DNA from: Thermomicrobiales bacterium
Lineage (GTDB): Bacteria; Chloroflexota; Chloroflexia; Thermomicrobiales; UBA6265
Assembly: GCA_041390745.1 (NCBI GenBank)
Contig: JAWKPJ010000001.1
Location: 515,387-579,386 of the forward strand
DNA length: 64,000 bases
Reading direction: 5' to 3'
In this document: piece by piece, positions 37,941 to 47,407 of the stretch
Layout of the letters: each line of letters begins with the position of its first letter
Position numbering within the stretch: the first letter of the stretch is position 1
Notes under the pieces: model-generated
What the model was told of the DNA's origin: nothing
Database searches by the model: none
What the model saw: only the letters and a program-made list of their open reading frames with translations
Program-made: the position numbers and the translations under genes

Positions 37941-38960
37941 TCAGGATGCGCGCTGGCGCTGGGCCAGCACCGCAATAACAATGGCCACGGCAATCACCAT
38001 CCGCGTGATGCCATCCTGAATGTTGTGCGCGATCAGCGTGAAGCGCAGCAACTGGATGATCAGCGCGCCGATGAGCGTGCCCAAAATCGTCGCCCGCCCG
38101 CCCGAAAGCGGCGTGCCCCCCACCGCCACGGCGGCAATCGCATCCAGTTCCATGTACTCGCCGACGCGGTGAGGGTCAGACGACTTGTTGATCGCCACCA
38201 CGATCAGTCCGTAACCTGCCAGCAAGCCGCTGAGGCAGTACACCCCCAGCAGCACGCGCCGCACTGGCACCCCGGCCAGCCGCGCCGCCGAGGCGTTGCC
38301 GCCAGTTGCCAGCACGTAGCGGCCGAACGTAGTGGCGCGCAGCAGCCACGCGGCCACGATCACGACGGCAGCCATAATGATGATCTGAAAGCGCACGCCG
38401 GCAACCTGCCCCAGGCCAATGAACTCGAAGCTGGGCACCAGTGGTGAGCCCAGGTTACGGAACTCCCGCAACTCACCGTTGACGATGAGTTGCGCAATGC
38501 CGCGCCCACCAAGGAAGAGCACCAGGGTGGCGATGATTGGCTGCAAGCCAATTGCCGTAACCAGCGTGCCGTTGAACAATCCGCACAGCGTTGTGACGAG
38601 TAGCGGGACGATGATCGCCAGCGCCAGCCCCACCCAGGGCGCCCCGAACTGGTTGGCGTCCAGCAGGAAGAGCGGCGCGATTGTGCCCGCAATCGCCATC
38701 AGCGAACCCACCGAGAGATCGACACCGCCGGTGGCGATGACGAAGGTCATGCCCACCCCGACGATGACGATGGTCGCCACCTGCGTCAGGTTGGCGTTGA
38801 AGGTATTCAGCGTCAGGAAGTTGGTGGTGAAGATGATGTTGTACAGCACGATCAGCGCGAGGGCGATCAGGGCGCTGAACGCGCGCACGCGATCCGGCGG
38901 AGCAAAGGCGCTGCGCAGCCCGGGCGCGGCGCCCGTTGCAGCGGGTGGTGCGGCGGCCAT
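37941..38960 (-). CDS. Sugar ABC transporter permease (RbsC/monosaccharide type), second copy
   Basis: The motifs VIATGGVDLSVGSLMAI and GGNASAARLAGVPV are present. The start lies 4 nt after the upstream ATPase stop. Confidence 0.85.
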   Translation of the reverse strand: MAAAPPAATGAAPGLRSAFAPPDRVRAFSALIALALIVLYNIIFTTNFLTLNTFNANLTQVATIVIVGVGMTFVIATGGVDLSVGSLMAIAGTIAPLFLLDANQFGAPWVGLALAIIVPLLVTTLCGLFNGTLVTAIGLQPIIATLVLFLGGRGIAQLIVNGELREFRNLGSPLVPSFEFIGLGQVAGVRFQIIIMAAVVIVAAWLLRATTFGRYVLATGGNASAARLAGVPVRRVLLGVYCLSGLLAGYGLIVVAINKSSDPHRVGEYMELDAIAAVAVGGTPLSGGRATILGTLIGALIIQLLRFTLIAHNIQDGITRMVIAVAIVIAVLAQRQRAS

Positions 38961-38963
38961 CGC

Positions 38964-40517
38964 TCAGGCTCCCGGGCCGGACGCGGCCACCGGCTCACCC
39001 GGCGCCGGAGCCTGCGCCATGGCGTGGACCAGCGCATCCTGGCTGGCCTCGGCGTGGCTGAACTCGGCGACGGTGTGACCCTCGCGCAGCTCCACTACCC
39101 GGTCGGCGCCCTCGCTGATCTCCTCCAGTTCCGAGGAGATCAGGAGTACGCCCAGCCCATCCACCGAAAGCTCATCGATCAGTCGCTGGATCTCCGCTTT
39201 CGCTCCAACGTCGATGCCGCGCGTCGGCTCATCCAGAAGCAGCAGCGCAGGATTGAGGCAGAGCCAGCGGCCCAGGAGCACCTTTTGCTGATTCCCGCCT
39301 GAAAGCTCGCGGATCGGCTGTTCCGGGCCGGAGGTCTTGATGCCCAGCCGCTCGATGAAGCGATCAACGATGGCGCGCTGTTCGCCTGTGTCCACCACCC
39401 CCCCGCGCGAGAGCACCGGCAGCGCTGCCAGCGTCAGATTCTCCCGCACTGACATGTAGGGGATGATGCCGTCCGCCTTGCGGTCCTCCGCGCAGAACCC
39501 GAGCCCGGCCCGAATCGCATCGCGCGGGGAATCCCAGCGTACGCGCTCGCCCTTCACCTGGAGGACGCCCTCCACGGGATCCGCGCCGAAGACGGCGCGC
39601 GCCAGCTCGCTCCGCCCCGAACCCAGCAGCCCGGCTAACCCCACGATCTCCCCGGCGTGGACCGTCACGTTCGCGCCGTGCAGGTTGTCGTTGACGAGAT
39701 CGCGCGCCTCCAGCAGCGTCGCCCCCGTCACCGGCTTCGCCCGCTCCCGGAACCCGGTCGCGCCGCTGCGGCGCACCTCGCCAATCTCCTTGCCCAGCAT
39801 GCGCGCCACCAGTTCGACGCGGGTCGCCCCGGCTATCGGCCGGGTTTCGATGGTGCGGCCATCCCGCATCACCGTCACGGTGTCGCAGATCTCGAACAAT
39901 TCATCCAGGCGGTGGCTGATGTAGATGACGGAAATGCCGTCCCGCTTGAGGCCGCGAATGACCTCGAAGAGCACGGCAACCTCCTGTTCATCGAGCGAGG
40001 AGGTCGGCTCATCCATAATCACGATATGCGCGTTGGTCGAAACAGCGCGGGCAATCGCCACCATCTGTTGCAGCGCGATATTGAGCGTGCTGAGCGGCTG
40101 CCGTACGTCCACCGACACACCGAGCCGCGCCAGGATCTCGCCTGCCTCGCGGTTCATGCGGGCGGTGTCGAGCAGACCCCAGCGCGTCGGCTCCCGCCCC
40201 ATGAAGATGTTCTCGGCCACACTCCGGTAGGGCACGAGGTTGATTTCCTGGTAGATGGTGCTGACGCCGGCGCTCTGGGCATCCTGCGGGCTGTGAAAGT
40301 CGACCGGCTTCCCCTGCAACAGGACCGATCCCGCATCACGGCGATAGACGCCGTTCAGGATCTTCATCAGCGTGCTCTTGCCCGCTCCGTTCTGCCCGAT
40401 CACGGCGTGCACTTCGCCCGGCATCACCGTCAGCGCCGCCTCGTCGAGCGCCACGACCCCCAGAAACGACTTGGCAATCCCTTGCATGATCAGCGTGGGA
40501 GCGGCAGCTTCACCCAA
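38964..40517 (-). CDS. Sugar ABC transporter ATP-binding protein (tandem ABC domains, RbsA-like)
   Basis: Two ABC modules are present: GQNGAGKST / IVIMDEPTSSL and GLLGSGRSE / SGGNQQKVLLGRWL / LLLLDEP. The TTG start follows GAGGAG. Confidence 0.92.
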   Translation of the reverse strand: MGEAAAPTLIMQGIAKSFLGVVALDEAALTVMPGEVHAVIGQNGAGKSTLMKILNGVYRRDAGSVLLQGKPVDFHSPQDAQSAGVSTIYQEINLVPYRSVAENIFMGREPTRWGLLDTARMNREAGEILARLGVSVDVRQPLSTLNIALQQMVAIARAVSTNAHIVIMDEPTSSLDEQEVAVLFEVIRGLKRDGISVIYISHRLDELFEICDTVTVMRDGRTIETRPIAGATRVELVARMLGKEIGEVRRSGATGFRERAKPVTGATLLEARDLVNDNLHGANVTVHAGEIVGLAGLLGSGRSELARAVFGADPVEGVLQVKGERVRWDSPRDAIRAGLGFCAEDRKADGIIPYMSVRENLTLAALPVLSRGGVVDTGEQRAIVDRFIERLGIKTSGPEQPIRELSGGNQQKVLLGRWLCLNPALLLLDEPTRGIDVGAKAEIQRLIDELSVDGLGVLLISSELEEISEGADRVVELREGHTVAEFSHAEASQDALVHAMAQAPAPGEPVAASGPGA

Positions 40518-40695
40518 CGGGAGGACTCCTCAGATGCCGTCGGCAACACCCTGTGTTTCGAGTTTGTCGAGAGACCTCGCCGCGCCGCGCACGGGAACGA
40601 GGCCTCCGGGCGTCGCTCGGAACACGAGCGATCTGCAACGCGCCGCTGCGCCGGGACGAGGCCTTGTCCCTGTCCCGGCGCAACAGCCAGCGGCG

Positions 40696-41724
40696 CTAGA
40701 ACTGCTTGCCCTGGAACTCGGCTGCGTTGTCCTTGTCGAAGAAGCGGTCCTCAACCTTCACCCAGTCGGGAATATCCTCGCCATCGATGTACTTCTGCAT
40801 CGTCTCGAAGGCGATTGGCCCAAAGAACGGGCTCGATTCCACCGACGCGCCAAGGGTGCCGTCGAGAATGGCGTCCAACGCGGCGTTCTCGCCGTCGATG
40901 GAGACGACGATGACATCCTCGCCCGGCTTGCGCCCCGCCTCCTGCAGCGCCGCGATGGCTCCGATCGCCATCTCGTCGTTGTGTGCGTAGACCGCCGTCA
41001 CGTCCGGGTGCGCGGCGAGCAGCGTCTGCATCACCTCGCGGCCCGGGTCTCGCTGGAAGTCTGCCGTCTGCGAGGCGATGATCTCCATGCCCGGGAACGC
41101 GCCCTCCGGCGTCGGGGTGCCCCGGAAGTTCCCCGCCAGGTAGTCTTCGAACCCCGTCTTGCGGTCGATAGCCGGGTCAGAGCCCGTGGTGCCCTCAAGC
41201 TGGATGATCTTCGCCTCACCACCCGTCGCCTTGGCCAGCCACTCGGCAGCGCGGCGCCCCTGATCCACAAAGTCGGAGCCGATGAATGTCACGTAATCCT
41301 CATCCGGCCTGGCGATGCTGTGATCGACATCGCGGTCAATGAGGATCACCGGGATGCCAGCCGCCTTGGCCTTCATGACGCTCGGCGCCAGGGCCTGCGA
41401 CTCGCGCGGCGGGAAGATGAGGATATCGACGCCCTGCGCGATCAGCGAATCGAGGTCCGCAATCTGCTTCGCCGTATCCTCGTTCGCGTTCGTCTCGATC
41501 AGCGTGTAGCCGAGGCGCTTGGCCTCATCCTGCATACTCCTGGATTCACCCAGCCGCCAGGGGTTGTTGCTGCCCACCTGCGCGAAGCCTACGGTGTAGG
41601 TGTCCTTCTTCTCCAGCGGCGGCGGCGCGGCGGCAACCGTGCCGTAGCGGCTGGCCACGACCAGGCCGGCAGCGGCGGCGGACAACTTGAACGTGGAGCG
41701 GCGGGACAGGCGATGGTGAAGCAC
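40696..41724 (-). CDS. Sugar ABC transporter substrate-binding protein (RbsB-like, Tat-type signal)
   Basis: GTG 41724 follows GAGGAGGAAG. The signal is LSRRSTFKLSAAAAGLVVAS, and YTVGFAQVGSNNPWR...DILIFPPRE...VILIDRD is typical of periplasmic sugar-binding proteins. Confidence 0.85.
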   Translation of the reverse strand: MLHHRLSRRSTFKLSAAAAGLVVASRYGTVAAAPPPLEKKDTYTVGFAQVGSNNPWRLGESRSMQDEAKRLGYTLIETNANEDTAKQIADLDSLIAQGVDILIFPPRESQALAPSVMKAKAAGIPVILIDRDVDHSIARPDEDYVTFIGSDFVDQGRRAAEWLAKATGGEAKIIQLEGTTGSDPAIDRKTGFEDYLAGNFRGTPTPEGAFPGMEIIASQTADFQRDPGREVMQTLLAAHPDVTAVYAHNDEMAIGAIAALQEAGRKPGEDVIVVSIDGENAALDAILDGTLGASVESSPFFGPIAFETMQKYIDGEDIPDWVKVEDRFFDKDNAAEFQGKQF

Positions 41725-41987
41725 GGCGCTCTTCCTCCTCGAACAGCGTGCGGGCCAGGAATGGCTCCGCGGGGTGGAAGCCGCTGCGCAGCGGCTGCAC
41801 GCACATCCCGGCAAGAAACCCCAGCGGCAACGCACTGATCCAGGCAACCATTCCCTTCCGGAGCAGCGGTATCGAAGCGTTTCTTTCGTCCAGGATGTGC
41901 GCCATGAATACTACCGGGATCACGGCGACCGTCAAGCGGCTGGACGAAGTGAAGTAGCATATCTCAGCAACCATTAGCACCACGAAC

Positions 41988-43357
41988 ATGTCAGGCACGA
42001 GATATGCAGCGGCGACGCGAATGCGGTTGATGCGGCGAACAGCCACCGGCGAGCCAGAAACACCGGCCTCCCCGTCCACGCGCGCTGGCGACTCCGGGAC
42101 GCTGCCAGCACGCGCAACCCGCTTGCCACACGGGTTGCGTTCCCTCGGCCACCGTGACTACCGCATCTTCTTCTCCACCCAGCTTTTCTCCCTGACTGGC
42201 ACCTGGATGCAACGCTTGCCCAAAGCTGGCTGGTGCTTTCGCTCACAAACTCGCCTGCGGCGCTCGGTCTGGTCGGCGTCTTCCAGTTTGGCCCCACCCT
42301 GCTGCTCGGCCTGCCCGCCGGGGTCCTTGTCGACCGCGTGCCCAAGCGCTACCTGCTGATCTGCACCCAGATCTGCTTCGCGATCATCACCGCCCTACTG
42401 GCTATTCAGCTCGAACGCGGCGAGCTCCAGCTTTGGCAGATTTACGCGGCAGCTCTCGGCCTCGGCATTTTTTCCGCCTTCGACATGCCCGCCCGCCAGG
42501 CGTTCGTCGTCGACCTCGTCGGGCAAGACGACCTCATGAATGGCATCGCGCTCAACTCGGCCCTCTTCAACACCAGCCGCATTGTCGGCCCAGCGTTAGC
42601 AGGTCTGCTGCTCAGCAACTACGGGCCCGGCATCTGCTTTGTTCTGAACTCGCTTTCCTATATCCCGGTCATCATCGGCCTACTCCTCATGCACGCCATG
42701 GGTCTCCCGCGCAGCGTGAGCGCCGGCTCACCGGTGGAGCGCCTGCGTGAAGGCCTCGCCTACTCGCTCAAGACCCGGGCCGTGCTGCTGCCCATCATCC
42801 TGGCCGGGCTGATGGCGGTCTTCGGCATGAACTTCAATGTCTGGGCGCCGCTGCTGGCCAAGGATGCTTTCGATATCGGCGCGGGCGGCTTCGGGATGCT
42901 GATGTCTTCGCTGGGCGTGGGCTCGCTCACCGGCGCGCTGCTGCTGGCGTTCACCGGCCGTCGGCCCTCGCCGCGCATGCTGGTCACCACCGCCCTGGCC
43001 TTTGGCCTGCTGGAGATTGGCCTGGCCGCCTCGGCGAGATTTGGCGCGCCACCCCTGGTGGCGATGGCCCTCATGGTTGGCGTCGGCTTCACCATGACCT
43101 CCACCATGACCCAGGCCAATACCACCGTCCAGACCAACACGCCCGACGCCATGCGTGGCCGCGTCATGAGCATTTACCTGACGGTCTTTGCCGGTGGCAC
43201 GCCGATTGGCGACGCGCTGGCGGGCGCGCTCAGCCAGAGTTGGGGCGTAGCTGTCGCCATTGCCATCGGCGGCGCGGTCGTGGCGGTCGTCGCGGTCCTG
43301 ATTGCGCGGCAACTGGCCGGCGCCGAGCCTGGCCTGCCCGACCCAGCGCCTGCCTGA
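41988..43357 (+). pseudogene. MFS transporter (EntS/MFS_3-like) with one frame change
   Basis: Frame A reads ...LRSLGHRDYRIFFSTQLFSLTGTWMQ. Frame B continues TLAQSWLVLSLTNSPAALGLVGVFQFGPTLLLGLPAGVLVDR... to the stop at 43357. The join requires 1 nt in the AA run at about 42211 (CAAACG in place of CAACG). Confidence 0.75.
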
Positions 43358-43445
43358 GCCACATCCTGACGGCGTCGCCCTGAGCAACGCCGAAGGACCT
43401 CGATTCCCAGGCAGTGGGGTGAGCGAGATGGCATCCACCCACGCG

Positions 43446-43790
43446 TGTCGATTTGGCCGCAGTGGAGAGACCTGGGCGTCCACAGCCGCGACGGTGCGAG
43501 GAGTCGCCCACCCTCGCGTGTCATCCCGAGCCTGTCGAAGGGTCTCGTGCCTCAACCACCGAGGTTTGTGGTCGCGGCAATGCTTGGGTGCGGGCAGCAA
43601 TCCCCCCGGTGTAAGGGAAGCCGAGGTCTCTCCACTGCGGTCGAGACGACACCCGGGGGCGGCGGTGGCACACGAACCGGGCGACTGGAGAACGAGTTCC
43701 ATCCTGCGGCGGGATGCCACCCGAGAGTGGACGACACTTCGATCTTCGCGGCCGGGGAGGTCGAGATCACTCGACTGTGCGCGGGATGGC
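43446..43790. repeat. Nest of interleaved inverted repeats (REP/BIME-like cluster) in a 0.55-kb intergenic region
   Basis: A perfect 17-nt inverted pair is CCGCAGTGGAGAGACCT (43457-43473) with AGGTCTCTCCACTGCGG (43624-43640). Family-2 arms are GTGTCATCCCGAGCCTGTCGAAGGGTCTCG (43518-43547) and, inverted, CGAGATCACTCGACTGTGCGCGGGATGGC (43762-43790). Confidence 0.7.
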
Positions 43791-43904
43791 GCCTGAAGAG
43801 GGCGTCCACGCGCAACACCTCCCCCACTCCCCCGGCAGCGGGTACTCTGCCGCTGGCTGTGCCAGACTTCCCGCTCTAGGCGATGATCTCACTGGAGCCA
43901 CCGC

Positions 43905-44957
43905 ATGCCGCTCGGTCCGTTTGCACTCATCAGTGTCTTCTACCTCATTATTGGCGCGCGGGTCGTCTACCAGTTGATCCGCAACTTCCGCGTCACGTTC
44001 GACACAAACTTCACCCCGCAGGATCGGCACCTCGTCGATCAGGCCGCGTTCTTCGTCCTTATCCCCATCTCGGTCGCGCTGCACGAACTCGGGCACGCGG
44101 TCGCCATCTGGCTTTTCGGTGGGCAGGTGCTTGGTTGGGGCTTCTTCGGCTTCGCGGGCTATGTCGAGTTCGACCCCCGCGAGTTCACAAACGCGCAGCA
44201 GGTCATCATCGCCTCGGCTGGCACGATGGTGAACATCGTGCTGGCGGCTATCGCCGTCGGGCTGGTGTTTCTCAGGAAGCCGCCGATGCGCGCTGCCATC
44301 AACGAACTCCTGATCCAGTTCACCTGGATCTCGCTGCTCAACGCCCTGGTGCTCTACCCGCTGCTCGACTTTGCCAGCGGCATCAACGGCGACTGGATGC
44401 AGATGTACGACTTCAGCGTGCCCGTGCTGAGCGCCATCATCCTGGTCGTGCATGTCGCCGTCCTGGGCCTGCTCGCCTACGCCTGGAAGAATCCTGGCAT
44501 TCGCGCCCGCATCGCGAAGCTCACCGCCGAGGCCCCACCCGCGCGGCGCGCGGGCGGTGGCCGCCAGATGCCGCTCAGCGAAGCGACCGCCACCGAACGC
44601 ACCCTGCACGAAGCGGCCTCGCGCGTGTCCAGCGGCTGGCCAGTGCCGGTCGAAGCCGCCCTGCAGCGCGGCCAGTCTGGTTCGGCGCTGATTCTGACCT
44701 GGGGTGATCCCGGCTTCCGCCGTTCGGTCATCGCCTCCGCGCCAGAGGCAGGAGGGGTTGACCTCTCTGGCGTACTCCGTGTGGCCGCACTCCCTCCCGA
44801 GCAGCGACCGCTGGGCCGCGATCCGGCGCCGCTGGATGCCGAGCGACTTACGCTCATGCTGCGTCTGGCCATGGAGACCGTCAATGGCTGGACTCCTCGC
44901 GTTAACGGCGCCGGCGCCCCGCTGGCCAACGCCCCACAGCGGCAGAGGGAGTCATGA
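43905..44957 (+). CDS. Membrane metalloprotease-like protein (M50/site-2-protease-like HExxH) with an uncharacterised C-terminal domain
   Basis: HELGH lies within a membrane helix (VLIPISVALHELGHAVAIWLFGG). There are about 5 hydrophobic segments, followed by a soluble tail of about 140 aa. Confidence 0.55.
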   Translation: MPLGPFALISVFYLIIGARVVYQLIRNFRVTFDTNFTPQDRHLVDQAAFFVLIPISVALHELGHAVAIWLFGGQVLGWGFFGFAGYVEFDPREFTNAQQVIIASAGTMVNIVLAAIAVGLVFLRKPPMRAAINELLIQFTWISLLNALVLYPLLDFASGINGDWMQMYDFSVPVLSAIILVVHVAVLGLLAYAWKNPGIRARIAKLTAEAPPARRAGGGRQMPLSEATATERTLHEAASRVSSGWPVPVEAALQRGQSGSALILTWGDPGFRRSVIASAPEAGGVDLSGVLRVAALPPEQRPLGRDPAPLDAERLTLMLRLAMETVNGWTPRVNGAGAPLANAPQRQRES

Positions 44958-45205
44958 ACAGGATCGACGACAGCCCGGAGTGGTCTCCCGAGGGGCTGGG
45001 CATTGCCATCCGCATGCAACACGGCGACTTCGGCCGGGAGTCGCGACCGCCCGTTTATCTGCGCGTGGCCGCCGTCCTGCTCAGCGTAACGACGCTGGCC
45101 ATTCTTCTGGGCGTGGCTGGCTGGTACGCCTGGCGCTCGCTCGCTCGCCGCAACGCACAGGAGGCGGCTACGCCGGATACCCCAGGCGTCATTGCCCGTG
45201 GCTGA
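44954..45205 (+). CDS. Small single-pass membrane protein, hypothetical
   Basis: ATGA overlap with the upstream stop. There is one hydrophobic helix (VAAVLLSVTTLAILLGVAGWYAW). I recognise no homology. Confidence 0.3.
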   Translation: MNRIDDSPEWSPEGLGIAIRMQHGDFGRESRPPVYLRVAAVLLSVTTLAILLGVAGWYAWRSLARRNAQEAATPDTPGVIARG

Positions 45206-46427
45206 TGCCGCAGCCGCGCCCACCTACCGCCTGGGCGACGCCGCCGCGAAGCGCGGCCTGCTTGTGCTCCTCATTTCCACGTTCTTCGCCTGGGGTGGGT
45301 TCTTCCTCGTCATTCCCATGATCTCGGTCCACTATGTGGACCAACTCGGGTGGTCGGCCGCCTCGATCGGCCTCGTGCTGGCGGCCCGCCAGTTCCTCCA
45401 GCAGGGGCTGACGCCTTTCAGCGGCGCCCTGGCGGATCGTTACGGCGCCAAGCCGCTGATTGTGCTGGGCATGGCGGTGCGCACAATCGGCTTCGCCGGG
45501 ATGGGTTTTGCCAGCACCTACCCCATCCTGATGACCACCGCCATCGTCTCGGCAGTTGGCGGCGCGCTCTTCGAATCCCCGCGCGCCGCCGCTATTGCCG
45601 CTCTCGCCCGGGAGGACGAGCGGGCGGCCTACTACGCCAAGACCGGCGTTATGGGTGGCCTCGGCATCACGTTCGGCACCCAGATCGGCGCGCTGCTCCT
45701 CGGGTTTGATTTCCGGTACGTGGCGCTGGCAGCCGCGGGTTCATACGTGATCCTGCTCATCCTCATTGTGGTCTGGCTGCCGGCTGTGAAGGTGGCCGAG
45801 GAAGGCGGTGCTTTTCGTGGGCTCACCCTGGCCTTCCGCGACCACTACTTTCTCAAGTACCTCACGTTCTCCAGCGGGCAGCAGTTCATGAGCGCGCAGT
45901 TCTCCATCACCCTGCCCCTGGTGGCCGTCGCAGTTGCCGGTAACGCCGGCGCGGTGGCGTGGGTCTATGCAGTCAACTCCGCGGTGGCCGTGGTGTTGGG
46001 GTATCCCATTCCGCGCCTGGCCGAGCGGCGACTTGGCGCGCGCCTTTCACTCGTGGTCGGCGTGCTGGTCACGGCCCTTGGCCTCTTCATGATCGGCCTG
46101 TCGCGGGAAACGATCAGCCTGCTGCTGGCGGTGTTCGTGTACTCCATCGGCGTGGTGCTGGTGCGCCCAATCGAGCAGACGGTGGTGGCCAGCCTGGCGA
46201 ACCCGGTGGCGCTGGGGTCCTACTTTGGCGTCGCTTCCCTGGCGGTCGCGTTCGGGGGCGGCCTCGGCAACTTCGCGGGCGGAGCCCTCTACGATATCGG
46301 CGACCGCCTGCACCAGCCGGCGCTGCCCTGGTTCATCTTCGGCGCAATCGGCCTGGTCGCGGCCAGCGGGCTCTGGTGGTACCTGGTAGGCCCGGCCAAA
46401 GAGGCGCCCCGCCGCCAGATCGGCTGA
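45192..46427 (+). CDS. MFS transporter
   Basis: There are about 12 hydrophobic segments, and the MFS loop motif is GALADRYGAKPLI. The start is TTG 45192 or GTG 45198, overlapping the preceding small ORF. Confidence 0.8.
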   Translation: MPVADAAAAPTYRLGDAAAKRGLLVLLISTFFAWGGFFLVIPMISVHYVDQLGWSAASIGLVLAARQFLQQGLTPFSGALADRYGAKPLIVLGMAVRTIGFAGMGFASTYPILMTTAIVSAVGGALFESPRAAAIAALAREDERAAYYAKTGVMGGLGITFGTQIGALLLGFDFRYVALAAAGSYVILLILIVVWLPAVKVAEEGGAFRGLTLAFRDHYFLKYLTFSSGQQFMSAQFSITLPLVAVAVAGNAGAVAWVYAVNSAVAVVLGYPIPRLAERRLGARLSLVVGVLVTALGLFMIGLSRETISLLLAVFVYSIGVVLVRPIEQTVVASLANPVALGSYFGVASLAVAFGGGLGNFAGGALYDIGDRLHQPALPWFIFGAIGLVAASGLWWYLVGPAKEAPRRQIG

Positions 46428-46453
46428 TTCTGTGGCAGCCTGCAGGCGATGCG

Positions 46454-47407
46454 TCAGACCTTCCTGGACGGCCGAAGGTAGTACCCCCGCGTGACCGGGT
46501 CGGTGATCGCGCGGCCCCAGCCAGCCAGCAAGTTCAAGGCGAGCGCGGTGAGCAGGATAGCTAGCCCCGGGAAGGTCACCAGCCACCAGGCCGTAGTGAC
46601 GTAGCTGCGCCCCTCCGCCAGCATCAGGCCCCACGAGGACTGCGGCGGTTGAATACCGAGCCCCAGGAAACTGAGCGACGCCTCGGTGAGGATCGCCGTC
46701 GCCACTTCCAACGTTGCCAGCACCAGCAGCGGCGAACTGAGGTTCGGGATGATGTGGCGGAGCATGATCCGCCAGTCAGTGCACCCAGTCGCCCGGGCCG
46801 CCTCCACAAACACACTCTCGCGTTGGGACAGGACAAAGCTGCGGGTCACCCGGGCATACACCATCCAGCGCGTGACCGCCAACACCAGGATCACCTTCCA
46901 GACCCCGCCGCCCAGCACGTAGAGCACCAGGAGCGCCATCAGCAGCGACGGGAACCCCATTTGCAGATCGACGATCCGCATGATCAGGTCATCGATGGCG
47001 CCCCGGTAGTACCCCGCGATCAGGCCGAGCGTAACGCCAATCGTGCCCGAAACGAGCACGCTGAGAAAACCGACCGCGAGAGAAACGCGAGCGCCGTAAA
47101 TGAGCCGCGTCAACTCGTCGCGGCCGAGAGGATCCGTCCCCAGGAGGTAGGGAATCCCGCCGCTGGCGGAGGGGGTCAGCGGCGGCTTGTTCCTGAGCAT
47201 CAGCCCCCCGCGCTCCGGATCGTACGGCGCAACCCACGGCGCAAAGATGGCCGCCAGGATGAGGACCACCATGAAGATGGCCGCCGCAAGTGCGAACGGA
47301 TCCCGGGCCAGTGCGCGCAGGTAGGTGCGCCATTTACCCGGCTGCCCCGACATCAGCGGCGATGGCATCACCACTGACGACGAGGCGGCATCGACAGCCC
47401 CGGGCAT
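46454..47407 (-). CDS. Peptide/opine/nickel-type ABC transporter permease (DppC/OppC-like)
   Basis: ATG 47407 overlaps the upstream TAA (TAATG). LGTDPLGRDELTRLIYGARVSL...FVEAARATGCTDWRIMLRHIIPN is typical of the family. Confidence 0.88.
   Translation of the reverse strand: MPGAVDAASSSVVMPSPLMSGQPGKWRTYLRALARDPFALAAAIFMVVLILAAIFAPWVAPYDPERGGLMLRNKPPLTPSASGGIPYLLGTDPLGRDELTRLIYGARVSLAVGFLSVLVSGTIGVTLGLIAGYYRGAIDDLIMRIVDLQMGFPSLLMALLVLYVLGGGVWKVILVLAVTRWMVYARVTRSFVLSQRESVFVEAARATGCTDWRIMLRHIIPNLSSPLLVLATLEVATAILTEASLSFLGLGIQPPQSSWGLMLAEGRSYVTTAWWLVTFPGLAILLTALALNLLAGWGRAITDPVTRGYYLRPSRKV

Noticed and set aside
43455-43475. GCAGTGGAGAGACCTGGGC resembles a cobalamin-riboswitch B12 box (..AG.C.GGAGACCTGCC).
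   Set aside because: I could not find the other conserved cobalamin-riboswitch elements. The segment has a perfect inverted copy 150 nt downstream and sits among other repeats. No cobalamin-related gene follows it.
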